Of a stretch of DNA of 64,000 nucleotides, positions 1-9,312 are shown in pieces. The stretch's first letter is position 1. Every line of letters starts with the position of its first letter. Location of the stretch: contig CAZCFE010000001.1 of NCBI GenBank assembly GCA_964497925.1, positions 77,370 to 141,369 on the forward strand, in the 5' to 3' direction. A program made the position numbers and the translations under genes. The notes under the pieces were generated by a model. It made no database searches. It saw only the letters and a list, made by a program, of their open reading frames with translations, and was not told the DNA's origin. Source of the stretch: an uncultured Alphaproteobacteria bacterium (GTDB taxonomy: Bacteria > Pseudomonadota > Alphaproteobacteria > CAIYWZ01).

Positions 1-1
1 A

Positions 2-2377
2 GCATCCAATGCTAAAGGTAAGATTCTGCATGCTATTTTATCCCTTTTTACAAATGTATCCGATATCAAGACTCTCGTCTCTGGAAAAAATGGTCAAATG
101 TTAATTACTGAAGCGCTGGGCACCGCCAACACTACTTCTGTCATTCCTTTAGTTGATACAAGCATCACAGAAAGCACAGAAAGACGAATTTTACGCACAA
201 CAACAGCTATTTCTCTTAACGGCGCTTTAACCTCCAATACAATAGGTAAAGATGTTGTAAACGAAATTGTAACATCTCAAATTTCTCCATCCACAATAAC
301 GCCCGCCATGAACATTATTGGATTTCCCCCAGCAGAATCGGCAACATCACGTATTAATCGAATCAAAATAGGAATTTTCATCTCTGGTAATACATTTATT
401 TATTCAAGGGTTTCCGGATCAACGCCATCTCAAAGTCTTATGAATGCGATCGTTTCCTTAGCCCTTGATCCAAATGATATTTTGGCAGCTAAAGACTCAA
501 TTGACACATCAATCACAGAAGACGCCATAGCAAGAGCCAACAGAATAAACATGGCCATATCCGTTATAAAAGGTGGACTTACTTCCACAAAAAGTCTTGT
601 AAATTCACTGATCAGCTCTTCTATGACCCCTTCACAAATTTCATCTATTACTGCAATGGCGGATAATTTAACAGCTAAAAATGCGCTCATCAACAGCTAT
701 AAAAGTGATACAGCAAATCAACCTATTTTTTTATCTGCATTAAACGCTCAAATTTTATCAGATTTCACATCGGAAGTATCGTGGAATGCAAATATTCAAG
801 TTGCATTGAATAATTACAGAACCGCTGGAAGCAACGCCTTAACCATAACAAAGTTTGCATCAACTGGGTTTGATAAACGCTCTCTTCTAGCAAGCTACAA
901 AACAGACACGGCTAATCAATCAAATTTTGCCCAAGCGGCCTCCTATCTAACGGATTTAACTTCTGAAACTTCCTGGGCTTCAAAAATTAAGCCATTTTTA
1001 AATGCATATACTTCTGTAAAAGCTTCAAATTGGAGCAATATGGGTATATTTTTAAATTTATTTCAAACTCTTCCAGATAAAAGATCGGCACTAATATGGG
1101 CATCCACATCAACCAACAGAAGTATATTTGACGCAGCTCTGTCAACTCGAATACTAGAAGGCTTGTCAACTTGGGGGTTTGGCTCTGGCGACGCCGCTAT
1201 CCTTGATATTTTAACTCAATTTGGGGCGCTTAAAAATACAACGCCTTGGACAAGCCTGAACATATTCTTAGGATGCATGTCCGATTCTACAGATAAACGT
1301 TTAGGTCTTGTTTGGGCTCAAAATTCACAAAAACGTACACTTTTTGATGCCTCCACATCATTTATGTCTACAGGCCTTTTTTGGGGAAATGGAGCTGACG
1401 GTAATTTATTAAACATTTTAAATAATTATGAAACATTGCGATCATCTTGGGGAACTATCTCTGCTGTCATTGGCAAAATAACGCAAGCATCATCGGGATC
1501 TTCTCTTCAGGCAGATAAGCGCTCAAGTATTCTTTATTTTGGTGACAACGTAGCAGGGGGAGTGCGTCGCAATAGTTATTCTGCAGCATTAAGCTATTTT
1601 TCTGACTCGGCAAAATGGAGTGATATTCAAGCATGCATAGATGCATATATCTCAATCTCAACACCAACGTTTTGGGTTTCTTCTTTAAATGCATTTTTAA
1701 CGAAAATTATATCTCCTATTCCCACAACGCCAACCAAACGTGAAATTTTACTTTATTTTGGAGATTCTGCTCTTGGTGGGTCAAGGAGGGCGGGGCAAGG
1801 AGTAGCCAGCGCTCAAGGTTTTCTCAGTAGCTTAACAGCGTGGACCGCGTTTCAATCAACAATTAATAAATTTGCCCCTCTTGGATCAAATGCTGGTGTC
1901 CTCTTTTCTGGATTTTCTGGAACACTCAAAGTTGGTATTTTAGATTGGTATACAACCAAAGGGGGATTTCCAGAGTCTATTTCAATCCCATCTATTTATG
2001 CAGGAGTCTATGATATTGCAACCGTGTCAGCAAATCAAAATGGATATCAAAGATTGATCAGCGCATTAGATACGGCGAATATTCTTTCTAATGGTGAAAT
2101 TATAAAACCCACAGCAGAACAAATAAAAAACATTTCCAATTTCATAAGCCCTGTTAGCGAAAATGCAATAACACGCGCAAAACGTATAGCTATCGCTATC
2201 AATCTAAATTTAAATCCTATATTAGTAGATGGCATGACAGGTGGAGGGATCAAAGAACTTACAGATTCTCTCATGATAAAAGGCGTTTTGCCAACAAAAT
2301 TTACAGCCAATACCATATCAGGAGAATTTCGTCCAGGAACGGTTACACAAAGAGCAGACGCTATTAAAGCAAAATAA
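2..2377 (+). CDS. Large repeat-rich hypothetical protein (surface/secreted type), 5' partial
   Basis: The track ORF is 98..2377 (759 aa), but the same frame has no stop back to nt 2, so the gene probably begins left of the window. It is Ser/Thr/Ala/Asn-rich with no enzymatic motif recognised, and it contains internal tandem repeats. Confidence 0.6.
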   Translation, partial: ASNAKGKILHAILSLFTNVSDIKTLVSGKNGQMLITEALGTANTTSVIPLVDTSITESTERRILRTTTAISLNGALTSNTIGKDVVNEIVTSQISPSTITPAMNIIGFPPAESATSRINRIKIGIFISGNTFIYSRVSGSTPSQSLMNAIVSLALDPNDILAAKDSIDTSITEDAIARANRINMAISVIKGGLTSTKSLVNSLISSSMTPSQISSITAMADNLTAKNALINSYKSDTANQPIFLSALNAQILSDFTSEVSWNANIQVALNNYRTAGSNALTITKFASTGFDKRSLLASYKTDTANQSNFAQAASYLTDLTSETSWASKIKPFLNAYTSVKASNWSNMGIFLNLFQTLPDKRSALIWASTSTNRSIFDAALSTRILEGLSTWGFGSGDAAILDILTQFGALKNTTPWTSLNIFLGCMSDSTDKRLGLVWAQNSQKRTLFDASTSFMSTGLFWGNGADGNLLNILNNYETLRSSWGTISAVIGKITQASSGSSLQADKRSSILYFGDNVAGGVRRNSYSAALSYFSDSAKWSDIQACIDAYISISTPTFWVSSLNAFLTKIISPIPTTPTKREILLYFGDSALGGSRRAGQGVASAQGFLSSLTAWTAFQSTINKFAPLGSNAGVLFSGFSGTLKVGILDWYTTKGGFPESISIPSIYAGVYDIATVSANQNGYQRLISALDTANILSNGEIIKPTAEQIKNISNFISPVSENAITRAKRIAIAINLNLNPILVDGMTGGGIKELTDSLMIKGVLPTKFTANTISGEFRPGTVTQRADAIKAK
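668..1927 (+). repeat. Six tandem degenerate ~70-aa protein repeats inside the 5' partial ORF
   Basis: Successive units open with DKRSLLASYK, DKRSALIWAS, DKRLGLVWAQ, DKRSSILYFGD and KREILLYFGD. Each carries a conserved Trp (SW/TW) mid-unit and a hydrophobic F/L-rich tail. Conservation is at protein level only; the DNA copies are diverged. Confidence 0.6.
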
Positions 2378-2388
2378 AAAAAGAGAAA

Positions 2389-4533
2389 TCAAACTCTTTC
2401 AACCAAAGAAACAATTGGCATTGACCGCAATTCTGCTAGAATATTGGACAAGTGAACTGAATTTTTAACTTCGATATCCATCATCATCTCAAAAAAGTCA
2501 TTATCATAAGATGTAGTACGAACATGAGCTATGTTTCCGGCCTGCCGACTAATAGCCATTGTTGTTGCCGCCAAGGCACCTTGCACATTCATAAGAAGCA
2601 AATGGATTCTTGCAACATGGGTTTGTTTTTCATCACGCTTTTCTTCCCATGCAACATCAATCCATCTTTCGGGAGCTTTCATGAATTGTTGTAAATTTTC
2701 GCATCCTTGTGTATGAATTGTCACGCCTTTTCCTGTCATTACAATTCCCGCAATATGATCCCCTGGAATTGGGTGACAACACCCTGCAAAATGAACAGCC
2801 ATTCCAGGTATTAAGCCTGCTATTGGAACCCGTTCTTTAAGATTTTTTTGAGGCTTTTGTGCTGAGTTTAAACTATCAATAGTAACTTCTTTTTTTGATT
2901 TATCATTAAAATGAGACTCGTATAACAAGATGCCCACATCGCGAACCCCTAAATGGCCAAGTCCTATATTATAGTAAACATCATCAACTTCCTCGCATTC
3001 AAGTTTTTCAAGAAGTCCATCAATCATCTTATCTGTTAACAGTAAATTTTCATTTTTAAATGCTTTATAGAGCATTTCCTTCCCAAGTTGCACATATTGT
3101 GTACGTTGTTGGGTGCGAATAAATTTACGAATAGCAGATCTTGCTTTTCCAGTAACAGCAAAACGCTCCCATAAAGGAGAAGGAGCTTGGCTTTTTGAAG
3201 TCACAATTTCAACAGAATCACCATTATACAATATCGTTCTTAAAGGGACCATTTTTCCATTAACCCTAGCGCCGGAACAATGGTTTCCAACTTGAGAGTG
3301 AACAGCGTATGCAAAATCAACAATTGTTGCACCTTGAGGCAAGGAAATCAAATCGCCGCCTGGCGTAAAGCAAAAAACCTCATCAGAAAACATTTCAAGC
3401 TTTGTGTGCTCTAGAAATTCTTCTGGATCAGAGGCGTGCTCTAAAATATCAAGTAAACTCTTAAGCCATTTATACTCATCCGTATTAGGGCTATTGCCTC
3501 CTTGTTTATACTGCCAATGTGCCGCCACCCCAAGTTCCGCGATTGCTTGCATATCTTGCGTGCGAATCTGTATCTCAATACGTTGCCCCAAAGGCCCGAC
3601 AACTCCTGTATGTATAGATCTATAGTTGTTTGCTTTTGGGGTTGAAATGTAGTCTTTAAATCTTCCAGAAATAACCGAAAATGCACTATGGATTACACCT
3701 AATGCCTGGTAACACTCTGAAATCTCTTTCACAATAACTCGAAACGCCATGATATCAATTAATTCATCAAAGCTGATATTTTTTTGTGTGATTTTTTTCC
3801 AAATAGAATAAGGGGCTTTTTCCCTTCCTTCAATTTCAACTTTCATCCCATGTTTTATAAAAAGATTTTTCAATTCCTGAATAATGGTGCTTACATTTTT
3901 ATTGCCCTCTTCACGCATTTCTTGAAGACGATGCTCAATAGAAATAAAAGCTTCTGGGTACAATTCTTTAAACGCTAACTGATCCAACTTTTCTTTAAAA
4001 TTCTGCATACCGATCCGTTCAGCTAAAGGTGCATAAATCTCAAGCGTTTCTCTGGCAATACGATTTCTTTTCTCTGGCTTAGAAATATGATGCAAGGTGT
4101 TCATATTGTGAAGTCGGTCTGCAAGCTTAACAAGAAGGACCCTAATATCCTTAGACATTGCCAAAACAAGCTTACGAAAATTTTCCGCTTGCTTGACTTG
4201 CTCTGATTGATATTCAAGACGCGTTAATTTTGTGACACCATCAACAAGACTGGCGACCTCTTCCCCAAACATTTCTGTAATTTCTTGAAGGTTTGTGTCC
4301 GTGTCTTCAACGGTATCATGCAGCAATGCGGTAACAATTGTCGCAGTATCAAGCTTCATACCAGCAAGAATTCCTGCAACTTCTAAGGGGTGAGTAAAGT
4401 AGGGATCTCCTGACGCTCTCTTTTGTGAGCCATGAGCTTTCATCGCGAAAACATATGCTTTGTTCAACAAATCCTCATTCGCATGGGGATCATATTTTAT
4501 AACTGCATCAACAAGCTCAAACTGACGTATCAT
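2389..4533 (-). CDS. spoT: Bifunctional (p)ppGpp synthetase/hydrolase, RelA/SpoT family
   Basis: HD hydrolase motifs HPLEVAGIL and LLHDTVEDT, a synthetase core, and TGS and ACT-like C-terminal regions. I prefer the ATG at 4533, which is preceded by AGGA, over the track GTG at 4575. Confidence 0.9.
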   Translation of the reverse strand: MIRQFELVDAVIKYDPHANEDLLNKAYVFAMKAHGSQKRASGDPYFTHPLEVAGILAGMKLDTATIVTALLHDTVEDTDTNLQEITEMFGEEVASLVDGVTKLTRLEYQSEQVKQAENFRKLVLAMSKDIRVLLVKLADRLHNMNTLHHISKPEKRNRIARETLEIYAPLAERIGMQNFKEKLDQLAFKELYPEAFISIEHRLQEMREEGNKNVSTIIQELKNLFIKHGMKVEIEGREKAPYSIWKKITQKNISFDELIDIMAFRVIVKEISECYQALGVIHSAFSVISGRFKDYISTPKANNYRSIHTGVVGPLGQRIEIQIRTQDMQAIAELGVAAHWQYKQGGNSPNTDEYKWLKSLLDILEHASDPEEFLEHTKLEMFSDEVFCFTPGGDLISLPQGATIVDFAYAVHSQVGNHCSGARVNGKMVPLRTILYNGDSVEIVTSKSQAPSPLWERFAVTGKARSAIRKFIRTQQRTQYVQLGKEMLYKAFKNENLLLTDKMIDGLLEKLECEEVDDVYYNIGLGHLGVRDVGILLYESHFNDKSKKEVTIDSLNSAQKPQKNLKERVPIAGLIPGMAVHFAGCCHPIPGDHIAGIVMTGKGVTIHTQGCENLQQFMKAPERWIDVAWEEKRDEKQTHVARIHLLLMNVQGALAATTMAISRQAGNIAHVRTTSYDNDFFEMMMDIEVKNSVHLSNILAELRSMPIVSLVERV

Positions 4534-4663
4534 TAATTTATTCCTGAATTTAAATATACCAACATAGTACTCCACTTTTGCATAAAATTCAATTTTGTTC
4601 TAAGAAGTTTTTAGAAAATGCATTTTTTAATCGAAATTTTTAGCCACATGCTGTATAATGAAA

Positions 4664-4669
4664 TCAAAA
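4664..4669 (+). promoter_or_regulatory. Putative -10 element (TGTATAAT) for the fbaB-efp-suhB cluster
   Basis: TATAAT with an adjacent upstream TG sits about 37 nt upstream of the fbaB ATG, in the divergent spoT/fbaB spacer. No convincing -35 element was seen. Confidence 0.3.
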
Positions 4670-4705
4670 ATTGTTCTTACACAACCAAAGAAGAGGTTAT
4701 AGCTA

Positions 4706-5638
4706 ATGTATTTCCCTGATCCTATTTCAAAAATATTAAGCAATTATGACAGCGAATCTCCAGGAGTTAAAACAAACCTTTCAAGACTTTTAATGCACGG
4801 AAAACTAGCAGGGACAGGGAAAGTGATAATTCTCCCTATAGATCAAGGATTTGAACATGGTCCAGGTCGAGCTTTTTCATCTAATCCCGCAGCATATGAT
4901 CCGTATTTTTTTTATGACATTGGAATTGAAGCTGGATTTTCAGCATACGCTGCTCCACTCGGGTTGCTTGAAGCCGGAGCTGGAAAATACGCAGGGCAAA
5001 TCCCACTCATCTTAAAAATGAACAGCGGGAACTCAGTCTCAAAATCAGGGGGTGCTCCAGATCAGGCAATAACAGCAAGTATTGAGGACGCGTTAAGGCT
5101 TGGCTGTATTGGCATTGGGTTCACCATATACCCGGGCAGTGACGCTTGCCATGGCATGCTTGAAGAACTCAAAACCCTTTGCGCGCAAGCAAAAGCATGC
5201 GGTCTTATTGTTGTGGTATGGTCATACGCAAGAGGGAATCTTTCAAAAGCAGGAGAAACCGCTCTTGACACAATTGCATATGGTGCCCATATCGCTGCAC
5301 TCATGGGGGCCACTATTATAAAAGTAAAACTTCCAACTGATTACTTAGAAAATGAGTTAGCCAAAACTGAATACATAAAAAATAATGTTCCTAAAGATTC
5401 TTTAGCTGACCGCGTAACACATATCAAGCAAGCTTGCTTTAACGGCAAACGAATGGTTGTTTTTTCAGGAGGAGAAGCAAAAGACACTCAAGGAATTTAT
5501 GAGGAAGCAAAAGCTATCATCAAGGGTGGTGGTAATGGCTCGATCATAGGACGCAATGTTTTTCAACGCCCAAGACTTCAAGCTATACAAATGCTTGAAG
5601 AATTAATAAAAATATACACACAAGGAGAAAATAATTAA
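4706..5638 (+). CDS. fbaB: Class I fructose-bisphosphate aldolase (FbaB/DhnA type)
   Basis: Colinear with E. coli FbaB blocks: GKLAGTGKVIILPIDQGFEHGP, IPLILKMN, VVWSYARG, IIKVKLP, VFSGG, GRNVFQR. An AAGAGG RBS precedes the ATG. Confidence 0.8.
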   Translation: MYFPDPISKILSNYDSESPGVKTNLSRLLMHGKLAGTGKVIILPIDQGFEHGPGRAFSSNPAAYDPYFFYDIGIEAGFSAYAAPLGLLEAGAGKYAGQIPLILKMNSGNSVSKSGGAPDQAITASIEDALRLGCIGIGFTIYPGSDACHGMLEELKTLCAQAKACGLIVVVWSYARGNLSKAGETALDTIAYGAHIAALMGATIIKVKLPTDYLENELAKTEYIKNNVPKDSLADRVTHIKQACFNGKRMVVFSGGEAKDTQGIYEEAKAIIKGGGNGSIIGRNVFQRPRLQAIQMLEELIKIYTQGENN

Positions 5639-6205
5639 ATGAAAATCAATGGAAATGCAATCAGACCGGGAAATATTATCGAACACTTAGGTAAGCTTTG
5701 GGTGGCTGTAAAAACCCAGCATACACAACCTGGAAAAGGTGGGGCTTATCTTCAAGTTGAGCTTAAAGGTTTAAAAGATGGCACAAAAATGAATGATCGT
5801 TTTCGTTCAAGCGAATCTGTCGAGCGCGTATTTTTAGAAGATCGTGAATTCCAATTTCTTTACCCAGAGGGCGATAATTTTGTATTCATGGACAATGAAA
5901 CCTACGAACAAGTAACAATTCACCAAGATATGATTGGAGATGCCGCATCTTTCTTAAAAGATGGAATGATGGCGAAACTTTCTTTTTATGAAGGAAACCC
6001 ATTAACGGTAAACTTACCAGATACTGTTATTATGGAAATCATTGAAGCAGATGCTGTTATTAAAGGGCAAACAGCATCCTCATCATACAAACCTGCAAAA
6101 TTAGAAAATGGACTTCGTGTCCTTGTGCCACCTCATATTGAAGCTGGAACACGCATCGTTGTTAACACAGCGGACGGGACATATGTTGAAAGGGCTAAAG
6201 ATTAA
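5639..6205 (+). CDS. efp: Translation elongation factor P
   Basis: 188 aa with the KPGKGGA-type loop [14 protein letters not shown] and a three-domain EF-P layout. The conserved efp-suhB neighbourhood is present. Confidence 0.9.
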   Translation: MKINGNAIRPGNIIEHLGKLWVAVKTQHTQPGKGGAYLQVELKGLKDGTKMNDRFRSSESVERVFLEDREFQFLYPEGDNFVFMDNETYEQVTIHQDMIGDAASFLKDGMMAKLSFYEGNPLTVNLPDTVIMEIIEADAVIKGQTASSSYKPAKLENGLRVLVPPHIEAGTRIVVNTADGTYVERAKD

Positions 6206-6208
6206 ACT

Positions 6209-7012
6209 ATGGAACACAGAAATAGAGCTAGCCATCACTCACCAATTTTAAATGTCATGATCACAGCAGCCTATAAAGCAGCTCGTGGACTTATAAGAGA
6301 TTTTGGTGAAATTGAAAATTTACAAGTATCTCGCAAAGGGCCAGGTGAATTTGTAACCGCCTCTGATATTAATTCAGAAAAAAATCTGCGATATGATTTA
6401 TCAAAAGCCAGACCAAATTACAGCTTTTTGCTTGAAGAGGGTGGACAAATCACTGGAGAAGATCCAGACCACACATGGATTGTTGATCCACTTGACGGCA
6501 CAACAAATTTTCTTCATGGGGTTCCACATTTCGCAATTTCTATTGGACTAAAAAAGAAAGATGAAATTATAGCCGGTGTAATTTACGATCCAATCAAAGA
6601 TGAAATGTTCAGCGCAGAAAAGGGTAGAGGGGCGTTCATGAATGATCGTAGGTTGCGCGTTTCTTCTCGAAGAGACTTCCACAACTGCCTACTCGGGACT
6701 GGCGTTACAATGGCAAACCCTCAGTATCATCGTCAGTTTCTAGATTCAATCGAGAAAGTTTTACCGGTCTCTGCGGGTCTTAGGAGAATGGGGTCGGCAT
6801 CTCTTGATTTGGCATATGTTGCCGCAGGACGCCTTGATGGATACTGGGAATACACTCTGAAACCATGGGATGTTGCTGCTGGAATTATTTTAATACGCGA
6901 AGCAGGTGGAATAATCACACAGCTTAATGGTCAGACAAAAGCAGTTCAAGAGGGAGATGTTCTTGCTGGAAATCCTTTCGTTCACGAACAGCTCATAAAA
7001 ATATTAGGATAA
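6209..7012 (+). CDS. suhB: Inositol monophosphatase family protein
   Basis: Motifs WIVDPLDGTTNFLHG and RLDGYWE; 267 aa. Confidence 0.85.
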   Translation: MEHRNRASHHSPILNVMITAAYKAARGLIRDFGEIENLQVSRKGPGEFVTASDINSEKNLRYDLSKARPNYSFLLEEGGQITGEDPDHTWIVDPLDGTTNFLHGVPHFAISIGLKKKDEIIAGVIYDPIKDEMFSAEKGRGAFMNDRRLRVSSRRDFHNCLLGTGVTMANPQYHRQFLDSIEKVLPVSAGLRRMGSASLDLAYVAAGRLDGYWEYTLKPWDVAAGIILIREAGGIITQLNGQTKAVQEGDVLAGNPFVHEQLIKILG

Positions 7013-7019
7013 TAAAACT

Positions 7020-8162
7020 ATGAAACCAAAACACTTTCTCATACGAATGTTCTTATTTTTACTCATTACTGTGACATCGATAATGTTCATTTTGCCGGTA
7101 TTAATTAAAGCATTCTTAGCAAACCCTGTTATAAATTCTTTAATTCTAGGCTGTTTGTGTTTTGGTATTATTTTTATTTTTATTCAAGTTTCACTGTTGG
7201 GTCCAGAAGTTCAATGGCTTGAAGCATGTCGAGATGATCTGCCTTTTCCAGAAGGGCAACCCAAACTTCTAGCGCCACTGGTAAATGTCCTAAAAGAATC
7301 AACTGGAACCTACAATATTTCAACTGTTGCCATGAGATCACTACTAGATAGCGTGGATACAAGGTTGGATGACTCAAGGGAAATATCTAGGTTTTTGCCA
7401 GGTCTTTTGGTCTTCTTGGGGCTTCTTGGGACATTTTGGGGGCTTGTTCAAACGGTTGGATCTATCGCCGAGATTATTTCAGGGTTAAATTTTACCGGAC
7501 AAAGTGACATTGAGGGCGGTTCCATTCAATTTTTTGATCAACTTAAACAAGGATTAAAAGCTCCCCTTGCTGGCATGGGCCTTGCTTTTAGCGCATCCAT
7601 GTTTGGCCTTGCAGGTTCGTTAATTTTAAGTTTTCTCGACCTTCAAGCAGGTCAAGCATACAGACACTTTTCACGAGATTTAGAAGAATGGCTTTCTACG
7701 CTCACACGCCTTCCAATTACAGCCATGGACAGCGAACGTGGTCAATCCGGCGGTGCCGGATATCTCATGGCTTTGATGGAGCAAACAAATGAAACAATGA
7801 ATCATCTTTTTAGAATGCTCAAAGAAACTGAAGATTCCCGTGGCTCTTTAGGAAAAAATTTGGCCGGATTTTCAGAAAAAGTTTCAAAGCTTACAGATCA
7901 AATGAAAACAGAACAAAACCTGATGGTGAAAATTGCAGAATCGCAAATAGATCTGCAAAACACAATCAAGAAGTTCGCAAGTGCAACAAGTAATTTAGGC
8001 CTTGATGAAGGAACAAAAAATAATTTACGGAATTTAGATGCTATTGCCGTTAAAATATTAGAAGAAATGTCAACAGGACGCAAACACGTTGTTGAAGAGG
8101 TCCGAGATGAAATCAGGCTCCTGTCAAGAACAATAGCTAACTTAGCGCAGAGTGAATCTTAA
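7020..8162 (+). CDS. MotA/TolQ/ExbB-type proton-channel protein with a ~140-aa C-terminal coiled-coil tail
   Basis: Two N-terminal TM segments and a periplasmic or loop region. These are followed by the channel-type TM pair FLPGLLVFLGLLGTFWGLVQTVG and PLAGMGLAFSASMFGLAGSLILSF, then a heptad-rich Lys/Glu tail. Confidence 0.6.
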   Translation: MKPKHFLIRMFLFLLITVTSIMFILPVLIKAFLANPVINSLILGCLCFGIIFIFIQVSLLGPEVQWLEACRDDLPFPEGQPKLLAPLVNVLKESTGTYNISTVAMRSLLDSVDTRLDDSREISRFLPGLLVFLGLLGTFWGLVQTVGSIAEIISGLNFTGQSDIEGGSIQFFDQLKQGLKAPLAGMGLAFSASMFGLAGSLILSFLDLQAGQAYRHFSRDLEEWLSTLTRLPITAMDSERGQSGGAGYLMALMEQTNETMNHLFRMLKETEDSRGSLGKNLAGFSEKVSKLTDQMKTEQNLMVKIAESQIDLQNTIKKFASATSNLGLDEGTKNNLRNLDAIAVKILEEMSTGRKHVVEEVRDEIRLLSRTIANLAQSES

Positions 8163-8163
8163 A

Positions 8164-8739
8164 ATGAAATATTTCAAAAGTTTTATTATCATATCATTTA
8201 TAATAAGCCTTTTTTTTCTATACTTTTCTTACCCAAAACAAGAATCAATAGTTCCCATTGGGGGACCTTTTGAGCTATATGACACAAATAACCAAAAGAT
8301 AAAAAATTCAGATTTTCATGGTAAATATATTCTAGTGTATTTTGGGTACACGTTTTGTCCCGATATTTGCCCAACAGCCTTAGAAAATATTACAGGCGCT
8401 TTAAAAGGCATCTCACAAAAAACCCTTGATCAAATAGTTCCTATTTTTATAACAATTGATCCAGACCGTGACAGCTTGGAATTTTTAAAAAAATATCAAA
8501 CTATGTATCATCCTAAAATTATCATGCTACGCGGAACAAAAGAACAAACTGAAATTGCAAAGAAAAATTACCGGGTTTATGGCCAAAAAACGACACCTAT
8601 ACCGGGGCAAAAAGAATACTTGATTGATCATTCATCTATTATTTACTTGATGGGAAAAAATGGAGAGTTTTTAACACACTTCTCACACGGAACGCCATCT
8701 TTAGAAATCATCAATAAAATTAATGAAATTGTCAAATAA
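8164..8739 (+). CDS. SCO1/SenC copper chaperone (cytochrome oxidase assembly)
   Basis: N-terminal TM anchor, CPDICP motif, a thioredoxin-like fold, and a downstream His in IDHSSIIYL. The ATG at 8164 sits directly after the stop of the upstream gene; the track start is a GTG at 8152. Confidence 0.8.
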   Translation: MKYFKSFIIISFIISLFFLYFSYPKQESIVPIGGPFELYDTNNQKIKNSDFHGKYILVYFGYTFCPDICPTALENITGALKGISQKTLDQIVPIFITIDPDRDSLEFLKKYQTMYHPKIIMLRGTKEQTEIAKKNYRVYGQKTTPIPGQKEYLIDHSSIIYLMGKNGEFLTHFSHGTPSLEIINKINEIVK

Positions 8740-8748
8740 GGAGGAAAA

Positions 8749-9312
8749 ATGTTTTTCAAAACACTAACCATTTGTATTTTCACATTATCTTGTCTTTTTG
8801 CAAAAGACCCCCCACAAATCATCCTAGGAAATCCAGATGCAAAAACAGAAGTTGTCGTTTATACAGCACTAACTTGTGCAGCTTGCGCTTTTTTACATAA
8901 AGATACCTTAAAAAAATATGAAAAAACACGAGACTTCCGAATCGTCATTCGTCACTATCCATTAGATGCGCAATCTCTAGAGGCAGCTGTAGCTGTTGAA
9001 TGTGCTTTGGCTAACCGTAAAGTCGAATTTTATGAAGAAATTTTCAATCGTCAAAATGAATTATTTGAGAAAAGCAATAACTTAAGAAGTGTTTTTGATA
9101 GGATTTCTTCAGATTTAAAAATTCCTCTTGATTGCTCAAAAACAGAAAATGTAAAGCAAGATATTTTAGAAAACTACAAACTCATCGAAAATTTAATAGA
9201 AGAAACCCCTACATTTTTTGTAGGACCATCAGATGTGCCCCTTGAAAAAAGACGCAAGGGCGCGGGAGCTTTATCAGCAGAAGAATTTGATAAATTTCTG
9301 AGAAAACCATGA
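8749..9312 (+). CDS. DsbA-family periplasmic thiol:disulfide oxidoreductase
   Basis: Signal peptide, CAAC active site in YTALTCAACAFLH, and an AGGAGG RBS. Confidence 0.7.
   Translation: MFFKTLTICIFTLSCLFAKDPPQIILGNPDAKTEVVVYTALTCAACAFLHKDTLKKYEKTRDFRIVIRHYPLDAQSLEAAVAVECALANRKVEFYEEIFNRQNELFEKSNNLRSVFDRISSDLKIPLDCSKTENVKQDILENYKLIENLIEETPTFFVGPSDVPLEKRRKGAGALSAEEFDKFLRKP

Noticed and set aside
7020-8162. MotA-like plus MotB-like proteins as a Zorya-type anti-phage defence system.
   Set aside because: The two genes are 24 kb apart. There are no ZorC/ZorD-like or nuclease/helicase genes next to either one. The A-subunit tail is far shorter than in ZorA, and both genes sit in housekeeping contexts. 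I kept them as a stator-like curiosity only.
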